From Candidatus Omnitrophota bacterium (GTDB lineage: Bacteria > Omnitrophota > Gorgyraeia > JABMRG01 > JAFGKX01), in assembly GCA_043797125.1 (NCBI GenBank), contig JAZDPX010000012.1:24376-88375 (forward strand): a stretch of DNA of 64,000 nt, written 5' to 3'. Of this stretch, positions 38,297 to 47,591 are shown one piece after another (position 1 is the first letter of the stretch; every line of letters begins with the position of its first letter). The notes beneath the pieces are model-generated. The model was given only the letters and a program-made list of their open reading frames with translations, was not told the DNA's origin and made no database searches. The translations under genes were made by a program, and so were the position numbers.

Positions 38297-38607
38297 GGCT
38301 TAAGGCATAGCCTCAAAAACACGCTTCAGATTTGGGCAAAACTATAGTCGTTCGGCCGGGGCCCCTCCGAATTCACCTACAGATGGTAGCGCAGGCTTAA
38401 GCCTGCGCTACCATCCAAGGGTTCATTCGGTGTCCCCGGCCTGCCTGCCTGACGGTAGGCAGGCACTGCTATGTTTTGCCTACAACCAAAACAAGCGAGC
38501 CAAATCTTCCGCTATTGTTTTTTCGGCAATGTCTTAAGCCTTCAAAGCGGAGACATTGTCAATAAGTTAGGCTTTTGCAATGTGAGGCGCATATGTTTAA
38601 GGCCTGT
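38297..38607. repeat. right arm of long inverted repeat flanking bioA
   Basis: Inverted copy of 36590-36945. Contains hairpin GGTAGCGCA-GGCTTAAGCC-TGCGCTACC. Confidence 0.7.
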
Positions 38608-38751
38608 GGTAATTCGAGCAGGGCTTGCGAGGCCGAGCGGGCATGGTTCGCCCTTGTTTCCATACAGGCGAGAGCGAAGGCCGAGGTCAGAGCACAAAAA
38701 TCCACGCTGGGGATTTTTGTGCGTCCCTGCGAGAATTGCCACAGGCCTTAA
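38607..38751. repeat. 145-bp palindromic structured element
   Basis: Ends TTAAGGCCTGTGGTAATTCGAGCAGGGC and GTCCCTGCGAGAATTGCCACAGGCCTTAA pair over about 28 bp. Internal perfect hairpin GCACAAAAATCC-acgctgg-GGATTTTTGTGC. Confidence 0.5.
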
Positions 38752-38774
38752 GCAAGTCTACTCAAATATTAAAC

Positions 38775-38802
38775 TTGACATATATTAAAGTACATATAAA
38801 AT
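38775..38802 (+). promoter_or_regulatory. candidate sigma70 promoter for rpe-rpiB
   Basis: TTGACA (38775-38780), 16-nt spacer, TAAAAT (38797-38802). Confidence 0.35.
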
Positions 38803-38850
38803 AGCAAATATAATACTAATATTTACCCCGGCAAAGGAACAGCATATAAT

Positions 38851-39525
38851 ATGAAAACAGAAATCGAGATACTTCCTTCATTATTATCAGCGGATTTTTC
38901 CATACTTACAGAAGAGATAAAAAAGGTTGAACAGGCAGGCTGCAAAAAGCTGCACCTGGATGTGATGGATGGTCACTTTGTGCCTAACATAACCATCGGC
39001 CCTGTTGTGATAAAAAAGATAAGAAAAAAGACCAAGCTTTTTCTCGACGCGCACCTTATGATAGAGAACCCGCAAAAATATATCAACGATTTTAAAGAGG
39101 CAGGCTCCGACGGTATTACCATACACCAGGAAGCGTGTGAAGATTTTTTAGGCGCGATAAGACAGATAAAAAGTTTAGGCCTGGTAGCCGGAGTGGCATT
39201 AAGGCCGAAAACTTCCGTTGATACAATTAAGAATATTATACACGAGGTGGATTTGATTTTAATTATGTCCGTTGAGCCGGGTTTTGGCGGGCAGGCGTAT
39301 ATTGACGGTTCAGAAAAGAAGATAGAAGAGCTGGCGCGCCTGATTAAGGCAAAAGGCCTCAACACACCAATACAGGTTGACGGCGGGATAAATATCCTAA
39401 CTGCGCCGCTGGTAGCTAAAGCAGGGGCAACGCAGCTCGTTGCCGGGAACGCTGTTTTTTGCGGGGATGTCATAAAGAATATTAACGCGTTATATAAAAG
39501 CATAGGTAAAAAAAATGAGAAATAA
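38851..39525 (+). CDS. rpe: ribulose-phosphate 3-epimerase
   Basis: ILPSLLSADF...HLDVMDGHFVPNITIGP...MSVEPGFGGQ. Confidence 0.9.
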   Translation: MKTEIEILPSLLSADFSILTEEIKKVEQAGCKKLHLDVMDGHFVPNITIGPVVIKKIRKKTKLFLDAHLMIENPQKYINDFKEAGSDGITIHQEACEDFLGAIRQIKSLGLVAGVALRPKTSVDTIKNIIHEVDLILIMSVEPGFGGQAYIDGSEKKIEELARLIKAKGLNTPIQVDGGINILTAPLVAKAGATQLVAGNAVFCGDVIKNINALYKSIGKKNEK

Positions 39526-39529
39526 ATTT

Positions 39530-39979
39530 ATGATAGTCATTGGTTCTGATCACGCTGGTTTTAAGCTGAAGCAATATCTTAAAGCGGAGCTGAATAAGCT
39601 TGGTTACAAAATAAAGGACATAGGTACCTTTAGCGAGGAAAGCGTAGATTACCCCGATTATGCAGAGAAAGTAGCTTGTTTGGTAAGTAAATCCAGACAG
39701 AAAAAAGGTATTTTAGTTTGCGCAACAGGAATAGGCATGTCTATAGCAGCTAATAAAATACCCGGCATAAGGGCTGCTTTGGCGTACGATGTATCTGTGG
39801 CAGCGTTGAGCAGGCAGCACAACGACTCAAATATCCTTGTCCTCTCCGGAAGGCCCTGCAACAAGGCAAGAGCAAGAAAGATTTTGCTTGTGTGGCTTAA
39901 AACGGAATTTGAAGGCCAAAGGCACGCAAGAAGAGTGCAAAAGATAGCGAGAATAGAAAAGAAACATCCGGGTGTTTAG
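39530..39979 (+). CDS. rpiB: ribose-5-phosphate isomerase B
   Basis: MIVIGSDHAGFKLK...VCATGIGMSIAANK. Start taken at ATG 39530. Confidence 0.9.
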   Translation: MIVIGSDHAGFKLKQYLKAELNKLGYKIKDIGTFSEESVDYPDYAEKVACLVSKSRQKKGILVCATGIGMSIAANKIPGIRAALAYDVSVAALSRQHNDSNILVLSGRPCNKARARKILLVWLKTEFEGQRHARRVQKIARIEKKHPGV

Positions 39980-40035
39980 TTTAGTAGGTTCCCGCCAAAG
40001 CATTTCCTAAAAATACATATACACAACAGGTGAAC

Positions 40036-41067
40036 ATGACAAAGAAAGATATCAAGGATTTTACTCAGGAAGAGCTTGAAAAGATAGTATTAAAGCTCAA
40101 AGAACAGCCATATAGAGCAGAGCAGGTATTTTTCTGGCTTTATAAAAAGGGCGTGGATAATTTTAGCCAGATGAACAATATACCTAAGTCGCTTCAGCGC
40201 TCATTAAGCGAAAACTATTTATTAAGCGCTCTTACACTCGCAGAGCATCAAAAGTCACAGGACGGCGTTGAGAAGTTTCTCTTCAGGCTTTCGGACGCAA
40301 ATTATATAGAAACGGTGCTTATACATTCAAAATACCGCCAGACAATATGCATTTCAACGCAGGTGGGCTGCAAATTTAGATGCCTGTTTTGCGCAAGCGG
40401 GTCCAAAGGTTATGTAAGAAACCTAAAACCCGCTGAAATAGTAAACCAGGTATTATTCCTGCAGAACAATTTCCTGAATACGATAACCAATTACGTATTT
40501 ATGGGCATGGGCGAGCCGCTGGATAATTACGATAATTTATCAAAGGCGCTTTTGATAATGAACGATGAAAAGGCAATGAATATAGGTTCAAGGAGAATGA
40601 CGATTTCAACCTGCGGCATAATCCCCGGCATAGATAAGCTTAAAAAATTAGGCCTGCAGGTTAATTTATCCGTATCCCTGCATGCTGCGGATAATCAAAA
40701 AAGAGATAAACTGATGCCTGTTAATAAAATTTACCCGCTTGAAAAACTTATAACAGCGTGCGAGAAGTTTATGGAAAAAACAGGCAGGATAATTACGCTT
40801 GAATATGTGTTGATGAAAGAGAAAAACGATACTGCACAGGATGCGGACGCGCTCTCTGTCATAGCCAAGAGGCTGAACGCAAAGGTGAATCTAATTGCGT
40901 ATAGCAGGGTTGGTAACTTAGGGCTAGAATCCCCGCTTGCAAAAGACATAGCCCTGTTTGCAAATAGGCTCCGTAAAAACGGCGCAAAGGTTACGGTAAG
41001 AGATTCAAGAGGCAAGGATATAGCTGCCGCCTGCGGGCAGCTCGCCGGGAAAAAGAAAGATGAGTAA
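40036..41067 (+). CDS. rlmN: 23S rRNA/tRNA adenine-C2 methyltransferase RlmN (radical SAM)
   Basis: CISTQVGCKFRCLFCASG (CxxxCxxC) and MGMGEPLDN. Typical length. Confidence 0.9.
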   Translation: MTKKDIKDFTQEELEKIVLKLKEQPYRAEQVFFWLYKKGVDNFSQMNNIPKSLQRSLSENYLLSALTLAEHQKSQDGVEKFLFRLSDANYIETVLIHSKYRQTICISTQVGCKFRCLFCASGSKGYVRNLKPAEIVNQVLFLQNNFLNTITNYVFMGMGEPLDNYDNLSKALLIMNDEKAMNIGSRRMTISTCGIIPGIDKLKKLGLQVNLSVSLHAADNQKRDKLMPVNKIYPLEKLITACEKFMEKTGRIITLEYVLMKEKNDTAQDADALSVIAKRLNAKVNLIAYSRVGNLGLESPLAKDIALFANRLRKNGAKVTVRDSRGKDIAAACGQLAGKKKDE

Positions 41068-42334
41068 AGGCGCAATTTACGACGTCGCTGTTATTGGCGC
41101 AGGCGCAGCCGGGACCATGGCTGCTATCAGGGCTGGTGAGCTTGGCAGGAAAGCGCTTTTAATTGAGAGAAATAATTCCATAGGCAAAAAGATCCTTCTT
41201 ACAGGCAAAGGCAGATGCAATATTACCAATAGCGCTTCTATTGATACGTTCATAGAAAAATTTCAGGAACAAGGCGAATTCTTCAGGACAGCTTTTCACA
41301 AGTTTTTTAATCAGGATTTGATTGATTTTTTTCAGGCCAAAGGCCTGGAGCTTAAAGAGGAAAGGCAGGGCAGGGTTTTTCCAGCAACAGATAAAGCCGA
41401 GTCTGTTCTTGAAGTTTTCAATAAATGCCTTGTTGATAATAAAATAGATACGCTTTTTAATACGCGCCTGGTCGGAATCAACATAGAAGACGCCGGCTTT
41501 AAGCTGGCCCTAGACAATAATAACAGCATCCACGCAAAAAAGGCGATTCTGGCGACAGGGGGGATTTCTTATAAAGCCACAGGCTCTACAGGCGACGGAT
41601 TTTTAATAGCCAAAAAACTCGGGCATGAAATTACGCCTTTAAAACCCGCCCTGGTTCCTTTAAAGGTAAGCCAGCCATGGATAAAACAATTGCAGGGGTT
41701 GTCATTACGAAACATACGCATCAGTTTTGAGTGCGCCAAAAAGAAAAAAGCCTCCGCGATAGGAGAATTGATGTTTACGCATTTCGGGATTTCAGGGCCA
41801 TTAGTTTTGGATCTAAGCGGCGAAATAGTAAACTTGCTTGAAAAACATAAGAAAATAGATCTTTTTATAGATTTTAAGCCGGCTCTTAAGCGCGAGCAAC
41901 TCGAAACCAGGCTGCTAAAAGAGTTTAAGGCAAGAGGAAATATGCAGTTAAAAAGCATCATGAAAGGCCTGCTGCCACAGAGGATGATACAGGTGTTTAT
42001 ATGCTTGCTTAATTTAAACCCTATGGTAAAATTAAACCAAATTACGCAAGGACAAAGGCGTTCTATAATAAATCTGCTAAAGGCGCTGCCTTTAACAGTT
42101 ACAGGCGCGTTGCCCATAGAAGAGGCAATGGTTACAAACGGTGGGGTTTCAACAAAGCAAATTAACCCAAGGACCATGGAATCCAGGCTTGTAAGCGGCC
42201 TGTATTTTGTGGGAGAAATTATAGACGGCTGCGCTCCGAGCGGCGGCTATAATCTTCAACAGGCATTTTCAACAGGTTATCTTGCCGGCGAGGAGGCAGC
42301 TCGCCAGGTAAATCAGCTAAAGGATAAAGGTTAA
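41060..42334 (+). CDS. HI0933/BaiN-family NAD(FAD)-utilising flavoprotein
   Basis: YDVAVIGAGAAGTMAAIRA dinucleotide fold and GKGRCNITN motif. Confidence 0.8.
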   Translation: MSKGAIYDVAVIGAGAAGTMAAIRAGELGRKALLIERNNSIGKKILLTGKGRCNITNSASIDTFIEKFQEQGEFFRTAFHKFFNQDLIDFFQAKGLELKEERQGRVFPATDKAESVLEVFNKCLVDNKIDTLFNTRLVGINIEDAGFKLALDNNNSIHAKKAILATGGISYKATGSTGDGFLIAKKLGHEITPLKPALVPLKVSQPWIKQLQGLSLRNIRISFECAKKKKASAIGELMFTHFGISGPLVLDLSGEIVNLLEKHKKIDLFIDFKPALKREQLETRLLKEFKARGNMQLKSIMKGLLPQRMIQVFICLLNLNPMVKLNQITQGQRRSIINLLKALPLTVTGALPIEEAMVTNGGVSTKQINPRTMESRLVSGLYFVGEIIDGCAPSGGYNLQQAFSTGYLAGEEAARQVNQLKDKG

Positions 42335-42350
42335 AGGATAGACGACTATT

Positions 42351-43727
42351 ATGAAAAGAAAACTCTCCATTATTATTTGCGTCGCTTTATTAGCGGCGCT
42401 GGGAGGCCTGAAAATAGGCTTTAGTGTGCATCAGGCCATAACAATAGGCGTGTTTTTAATGTCGCTTCTGGGGATAATATTCTTCTGGGATTTACGGCTT
42501 AGCTTTGTTTTTTTAGGCGCAGGAATTTTACTTATCACGCGGTCTGTTGACCTGGAAAACCTCATAAAATTCGCGTCCCTTGACGTAATACTTTTTCTTA
42601 TAGGAATGATGATCTTAGTCGGCATGATGAACGAGGCAGGCCTGATTATGTGGATTATAACCAAACTGTTGACTGTTAAAAAAATAACAGGCAGGAAACT
42701 TTTTGTGCTGATTATGCTGGTTTCAGCTACCTGTACAGGGCTTATGGATGAAGTGACCTCGATAATAATAATGACAAAGATTATTCTGACAATTTGCGAT
42801 TTCTTCGAGATAAACCCCGTACCTTTATTGATTTCCTCGGTTTTGGCGACAAACATAGGTTCTGCCAGCACTGTTCTCGGTAACCCCATAGGCGTGCTTA
42901 TAGCCGCGAGAGGCAACCTTACGTTTGAGGATTTCTTAACGCAGGCCTTGCCTATAACGATAGTTGTTTTATTGGTTACCATTTGTTTTTTGCTATTTTG
43001 GTTCAGGAAATATATCGCGCAGCTTAACGAAAAACTTGTCTCGCTCGGCGAGAACAAGTTTTTTCTATCGCTTATTTCTATTCCGGCTGATAGAAAGGTG
43101 AGAATAAGCATATTTATTTTTTCGCTTACCTTACTAAGCATCGCCCTTCACAGGCGTATAGAATTATTGTTTGGCCTTGAAGAAAATACCCTTTTGTTAA
43201 TGCTGCCTATTATTGCGGCCGGGATAGTCTTAGTCTATCGGCGCGATAAAGTGCGTTATTACGTTGAACATGAGATTGAATGGTTTTCTTTGCTGTTTTT
43301 CCTGTTTCTTTTCGCTTTGGCAGGGGTTATTAAATACTCAGGCATATCTGATATTTTCGCGAACAAGCTTGTCGCCACTATCGGGACAAACCAGAATCTT
43401 TTTTCAGCAATTATGCTGTATTCAAGCGGCATTCTTTCGGGAGTATTAGATAATACGGTTGTTGTGGCAACCTATGTGCCCATAGTCCAGAGCTTGGGCT
43501 CTTTAGACATACCGCTAAGGACTTTATGGTGGGCAATATTATTCGGCGCCTGCTACGGCGGAAACATTACAATGATAGGCTCTACTGCTAACGTAGTCGC
43601 GTTGGATATCCTGGAAAAAACGGAAAACAAAAAGATAAACTTTTTTGAATGGATGAAACTCGGCCTTATTGTCGGAATCATATCCATGACAATCGCGTAT
43701 GCCTTTCTTTTTCTTTTTTTCAAATGA
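42351..43727 (+). CDS. ArsB/NhaD-superfamily anion/cation permease
   Basis: About 12 TM helices with an internal repeat. Family call is tentative. Confidence 0.6.
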   Translation: MKRKLSIIICVALLAALGGLKIGFSVHQAITIGVFLMSLLGIIFFWDLRLSFVFLGAGILLITRSVDLENLIKFASLDVILFLIGMMILVGMMNEAGLIMWIITKLLTVKKITGRKLFVLIMLVSATCTGLMDEVTSIIIMTKIILTICDFFEINPVPLLISSVLATNIGSASTVLGNPIGVLIAARGNLTFEDFLTQALPITIVVLLVTICFLLFWFRKYIAQLNEKLVSLGENKFFLSLISIPADRKVRISIFIFSLTLLSIALHRRIELLFGLEENTLLLMLPIIAAGIVLVYRRDKVRYYVEHEIEWFSLLFFLFLFALAGVIKYSGISDIFANKLVATIGTNQNLFSAIMLYSSGILSGVLDNTVVVATYVPIVQSLGSLDIPLRTLWWAILFGACYGGNITMIGSTANVVALDILEKTENKKINFFEWMKLGLIVGIISMTIAYAFLFLFFK

Positions 43728-44665
43728 GTCGTAAGCCTAAAAAATTATTTTTTGTTTTTTACTGCTTAATTTGCGCCTTTTTATCGGCAGGTTGTCAAAA
43801 TAAACGCCTCTATACAGAAACCTGCATTGCCATGGGAACATTTATAGAGGTAAAATCCCCGCACAAAGAAGCCGCAGGCATTGTCTTTAAAGAGATAAAA
43901 AGAATAGAGAGCCTGTTAAGCAAATATAATCCGGAAAGTGAAGTCTCAAGGTTAAATAAATCCGGCGCATTAAATGTAAGCCCCGAGACATTTTTTGTGG
44001 TGAAAAAATCAAAGGAATTCTGGCAGGCAACCGGCGGCGCGTTTGATATCACTGTTAGCCCCCTGATAGACCTTTGGGGGTTTACCGATAAAAAATATAA
44101 TGTGCCGGCAAAAGAGGAAATTGAGAATACGCTGAAGCTTATCGGGTCAGATAAAATTATTTTAGAAGACAAAGACAATACGATAAAATTCTCAACTTTC
44201 GGGATGAAGATAGACTTAGGCGCTGTTGCTAAGGGCTATGCCCTTGATTGCGCAAAAAATAAACTAAAACAGGCAGGAATAGAAAATTGCCTATTAAATG
44301 CGGGCGGACAAGTATTTGCATTGGGAAATAATTACGGCTTACCATGGAGAGTTGCCATTAGGGGAGCGCGCGAAAATAAATTTGCCGGATATTTAGAACT
44401 GGAAAATAAATCTGTTTCCACGTCCGGAGATTACGAGCAGTTTTTCCTTGAAGGTAATAAGCGTTATGCGCATATTATAGACCCTAAAACCGGCTATCCC
44501 GTTGACTCTGACGTTGTTTCAGTTACGGTGGTTGCCGAAGACGGCTTAACCGCCGATGTTCTTTCAACCGCAATTTTTGTATTAGGCAAAGAAAAAGGCA
44601 AAAGCCTGGCCAAGAAGTTTCCGGATACAAAAGTGAAAATAATAGTAACAGTTCAGCCACAATAA
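43724..44665 (+). CDS. apbE: FAD:protein FMN transferase ApbE (lipoprotein)
   Basis: Lipobox LSAGC. ApbE motifs GGAFDITV and GAVAKGYALD. Start at 43724 overlaps the upstream stop as ATGA. Confidence 0.8.
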   Translation: MSRKPKKLFFVFYCLICAFLSAGCQNKRLYTETCIAMGTFIEVKSPHKEAAGIVFKEIKRIESLLSKYNPESEVSRLNKSGALNVSPETFFVVKKSKEFWQATGGAFDITVSPLIDLWGFTDKKYNVPAKEEIENTLKLIGSDKIILEDKDNTIKFSTFGMKIDLGAVAKGYALDCAKNKLKQAGIENCLLNAGGQVFALGNNYGLPWRVAIRGARENKFAGYLELENKSVSTSGDYEQFFLEGNKRYAHIIDPKTGYPVDSDVVSVTVVAEDGLTADVLSTAIFVLGKEKGKSLAKKFPDTKVKIIVTVQPQ

Positions 44666-44678
44666 GTATCTCGACTCG

Positions 44679-44710
44679 GACGTAGCGGAGGCTTAAGCCT
44701 CCGCTACGTC
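44679..44710. repeat. perfect hairpin GACGTAGCGGA-GGCTTAAGCC-TCCGCTACGTC (GGCTTAAGCC REP-like family)
   Basis: Same GGCTTAAGCC core and GTAGSGC arms as hairpins at about 36788-36816 and 38378-38406. Confidence 0.6.
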
Positions 44711-44772
44711 GGGAGGCCTTCCAATAGCTGAGCTATTACAAATAATAAGTTCTACTAGAACATAAAGAGTAA

Positions 44773-45003
44773 ATGGAAAAAGTATCTTTAATTAAACTTA
44801 AGCCAAATCATAAAGGAAAAATTTCTGAGATTTCAGGGGGCGTGGCTCTTCAAAGAAGGCTTATGAATTTAGGTATATATAAAGGCAGAGAAGTTACCAA
44901 GCTTAGCCATATCGGTTTAAGAGGCCCTGTTGTAATGAGGGTTGGCAGGAGCATCCTTGCTTTAGGGCATGGCATGGCATCAAAAATTATATTGGAAAAA
45001 TAA
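44773..45003 (+). CDS. feoA: ferrous iron transport protein A
   Basis: 76-aa FeoA SH3-like domain. Immediately precedes feoB. Confidence 0.8.
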   Translation: MEKVSLIKLKPNHKGKISEISGGVALQRRLMNLGIYKGREVTKLSHIGLRGPVVMRVGRSILALGHGMASKIILEK

Positions 45004-46727
45004 TGATAAAGAAGATTTATCTTATCGGCAATCCCAACGTAGGTAAGAGCGTGGTATTTTCGCGCCTCACAGGCGTTCAGGCAATATCTTCTAATTATCC
45101 CGGCACAACCGTAGAAATAACCAAAGGCTATCTGAAATTAGGCGAAGATAAAATTGAGGTTGTAGACCTGCCCGGGACCTATTCGCTTGAGCCTTCTTCT
45201 TCAGCGGAAGAAGCGGCAGTGTCTTTGCTGAAAGAATATCCAAAAGAAGAGATAGCGGTAATCAACATTATCGACGCTACTAATCTTGAGAGAAATTTAC
45301 TCCTGACTTTGCAGTTGCTGGAGCAGGGGTATCCGGTAATAGTTTGCCTTAATATGTGCGATGACGCCGGGCACAGGGGCATACACATAGATTTCCAAAA
45401 GCTGGAAAAACTCCTGGGCGTTGCAGTTATTCCTACCTGCGCAGTAACGGGCTCAGGGATAAAATCATTAATCAGCAGGATACAGGAGGCAGAGCCTGCA
45501 TTAATAGATAAACTCGTTTCTGAGGCGCGCTGGCTTGAAATAGGCAAAATTGTTGAGCAGGTCCAGCGATTAGAACACAGGCACCATACCCTAAGAGAAT
45601 TATTGGAGGATGCGTCTGTCAGGCCTTTATCAGGCCTTTTGATGGCTGCGGGCGTAATTTACGCCTCATTTAAAATTGTGCGCTTTGTTGGAGAGTTTAT
45701 CGTTAACAGGATAACCGACCCTGTCTTTATTAATTTTGTAAAACCCCTTTTGGAAAAATTGACCCTTCATTGGCAGGAGGAAGGGTTCTGGTTTCACCTT
45801 TTAATCGGCGACTTGATAAACGGCAAAATTGATTTTAAGCAATCCCTCGGCGTGCTTACAACAGCCCCTTACATTGAATTCGGCATGGTCTTGCCTTATA
45901 TGATATCATTCTATTTTATCTTAAGCCTTTTGGAAGATATCGGATATCTGCCGCGTCTGGCAATACTTCTGGATAATGTTTTGCACCAGTTGGGCTTACA
46001 TGGTTTTGCAATTATTCCCGTGCTCTTGGGCTTCGGTTGCAATGTCCCGGGCATCTTAGCAACGCGGTCTCTTGAATCCAAACGCGAAAGGCTCATCGCG
46101 TCGACCGTTATTTCCATAGGCGTGCCATGCGTTCCGCTGCAGGCAATGATTTTCGGCTTGCTGGGTAAATTCGGAGGATTTTACGTAGGCGGTGTATATC
46201 TGGTTTTATTCAGCCTGATTTTAATATTGGGGATTATTTTAAACAGCGCGCTCAAAGGCTATAGCCCGGAATTTCTGTTGGAGATTCCGCCATACAGGCT
46301 TCCTCCGTTGAATGTCCTGTTAAAAAAATTATACTTTCGCATCAAGGCCTTTTTAATCGAGGCAGTGCCCGTAGTGCTTATCGGCGTTATGGTTGTAAAT
46401 ATACTCATATACTTTAAGCTTTTTGATATAGTGACCGGCATATTCGCCCCCGTGGTCAATGGTTTATTTGGCCTGCCAAAGCAGGCTATAGCCGCTCTTA
46501 TTATCGGATTCTTAAGAAAAGATGTTGCTGTCGGAATGCTGATGCCGTTGGGCTTATCTGCTAAGCAACTGTTTATCGCGGCAACGTTATTGGCAATATC
46601 GTTTCCGTGCATTGCCACGTTTATTGTTTTATGGAAAGAGCTGGGCATGAAAGATTTAATAAAATCAACGCTTATCATGATATCTGTCAGCGTAATAGTC
46701 GGGACAATGCTTAATTTTTTTATATAG
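45003..46727 (+). CDS. feoB: ferrous iron transport protein B
   Basis: N-terminal G-domain IYLIGNPNVGKS...DLPGTYSL followed by a polytopic permease domain. Confidence 0.9.
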   Translation: MIKKIYLIGNPNVGKSVVFSRLTGVQAISSNYPGTTVEITKGYLKLGEDKIEVVDLPGTYSLEPSSSAEEAAVSLLKEYPKEEIAVINIIDATNLERNLLLTLQLLEQGYPVIVCLNMCDDAGHRGIHIDFQKLEKLLGVAVIPTCAVTGSGIKSLISRIQEAEPALIDKLVSEARWLEIGKIVEQVQRLEHRHHTLRELLEDASVRPLSGLLMAAGVIYASFKIVRFVGEFIVNRITDPVFINFVKPLLEKLTLHWQEEGFWFHLLIGDLINGKIDFKQSLGVLTTAPYIEFGMVLPYMISFYFILSLLEDIGYLPRLAILLDNVLHQLGLHGFAIIPVLLGFGCNVPGILATRSLESKRERLIASTVISIGVPCVPLQAMIFGLLGKFGGFYVGGVYLVLFSLILILGIILNSALKGYSPEFLLEIPPYRLPPLNVLLKKLYFRIKAFLIEAVPVVLIGVMVVNILIYFKLFDIVTGIFAPVVNGLFGLPKQAIAALIIGFLRKDVAVGMLMPLGLSAKQLFIAATLLAISFPCIATFIVLWKELGMKDLIKSTLIMISVSVIVGTMLNFFI

Positions 46728-46739
46728 GAGGGAGCAGGT

Positions 46740-47591
46740 ATGTTTAGGAAATTATTGTTTATTTTAATTATTATTGCCTTCGCAAGTTCTGCGTTTGCCG
46801 CCAGAGGTAAAAATTCGATACAAGTCAAAGGTTCGGATACCATGGTTAATTTAGGCCAGGCCTGGGCTGAAAAATTTATGGAGAAAAACCCGGGCTATTT
46901 TGTGGCAGTTACAGGCGGAGGCTCAGGCACAGGGCTTTCAAGCCTTATAAGCGGCACCTGCGATATTACTATGAGCTCAAGAAACATCAAAGAAAAGGAA
47001 ATCGGCCTTGCCAAACAGAAAGGCGTAAATCCCAATGAAATAAAAGTAGCGTTAGACGGCCTTGCTGTCGTGGTAAACCCGGGCAATCCCGTGACTAAGC
47101 TTACCGTGGCCAAACTGGCAGGTATTTTTACCGGGAGAATCTCTAACTGGAAAGAAGTCGGCGGTAGAGATGAAAGAATAGTGATACTTTCACGCGAGGT
47201 TAACTCAGGAACCCATGTTTATTTTAAGGAACACATATTAAGAGGCAACGACCCTAACAGCAAAGAAGAATTCGCGCCGGCAGCTTTAATGCTTTCATCT
47301 TCCCAGGCAATTGCCGATGAGGTAGCTGGAAATTCCGCCGCTATCGGATATTATGGAATGGGCTATATTTCAAAAAACCAAAAACCATTAGCCATAGCAG
47401 TAGATGAAAATTCAGAATATGTAGCGCCCGCAACGGAAAACGTCATAAACGGTAAATACCCTGTTTTAAGGCCGTTGTTTCTTTATACCAACGGCACGCC
47501 GCAAGCGCAGGTAAAAAAATTTATAGATTTTGCGCTTTCCGAAGAAGGCCAGGATATTGTCTTAGAAACTGATTTTGTGCCTGTTAAATAG
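46740..47591 (+). CDS. pstS: phosphate ABC transporter substrate-binding protein
   Basis: Signal peptide plus PBP motif KGSDTMVNL...GGGSGTG. Confidence 0.85.
   Translation: MFRKLLFILIIIAFASSAFAARGKNSIQVKGSDTMVNLGQAWAEKFMEKNPGYFVAVTGGGSGTGLSSLISGTCDITMSSRNIKEKEIGLAKQKGVNPNEIKVALDGLAVVVNPGNPVTKLTVAKLAGIFTGRISNWKEVGGRDERIVILSREVNSGTHVYFKEHILRGNDPNSKEEFAPAALMLSSSQAIADEVAGNSAAIGYYGMGYISKNQKPLAIAVDENSEYVAPATENVINGKYPVLRPLFLYTNGTPQAQVKKFIDFALSEEGQDIVLETDFVPVK

Noticed and set aside
38471-38788. ORFs 38471-38788 (+) and 38542-38742 (-) downstream of bioA.
   Set aside because: They lie entirely within inverted-repeat and palindromic elements. They have Arg/Gly/Pro-rich low-complexity translations and no RBS, and each is mirrored by an antisense ORF, as expected for palindromic DNA.
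42431-43141. 236-aa minus-strand ORF antisense to the ArsB/NhaD-type permease.
   Set aside because: It is an antisense shadow ORF inside a polytopic membrane protein gene. It has no independent start signal and a hydrophobic-mirror composition.
46259-46843. 194-aa minus-strand ORF spanning the feoB 3' end and pstS 5' end.
   Set aside because: It is antisense to two strongly supported genes and crosses their boundary. It has no RBS.
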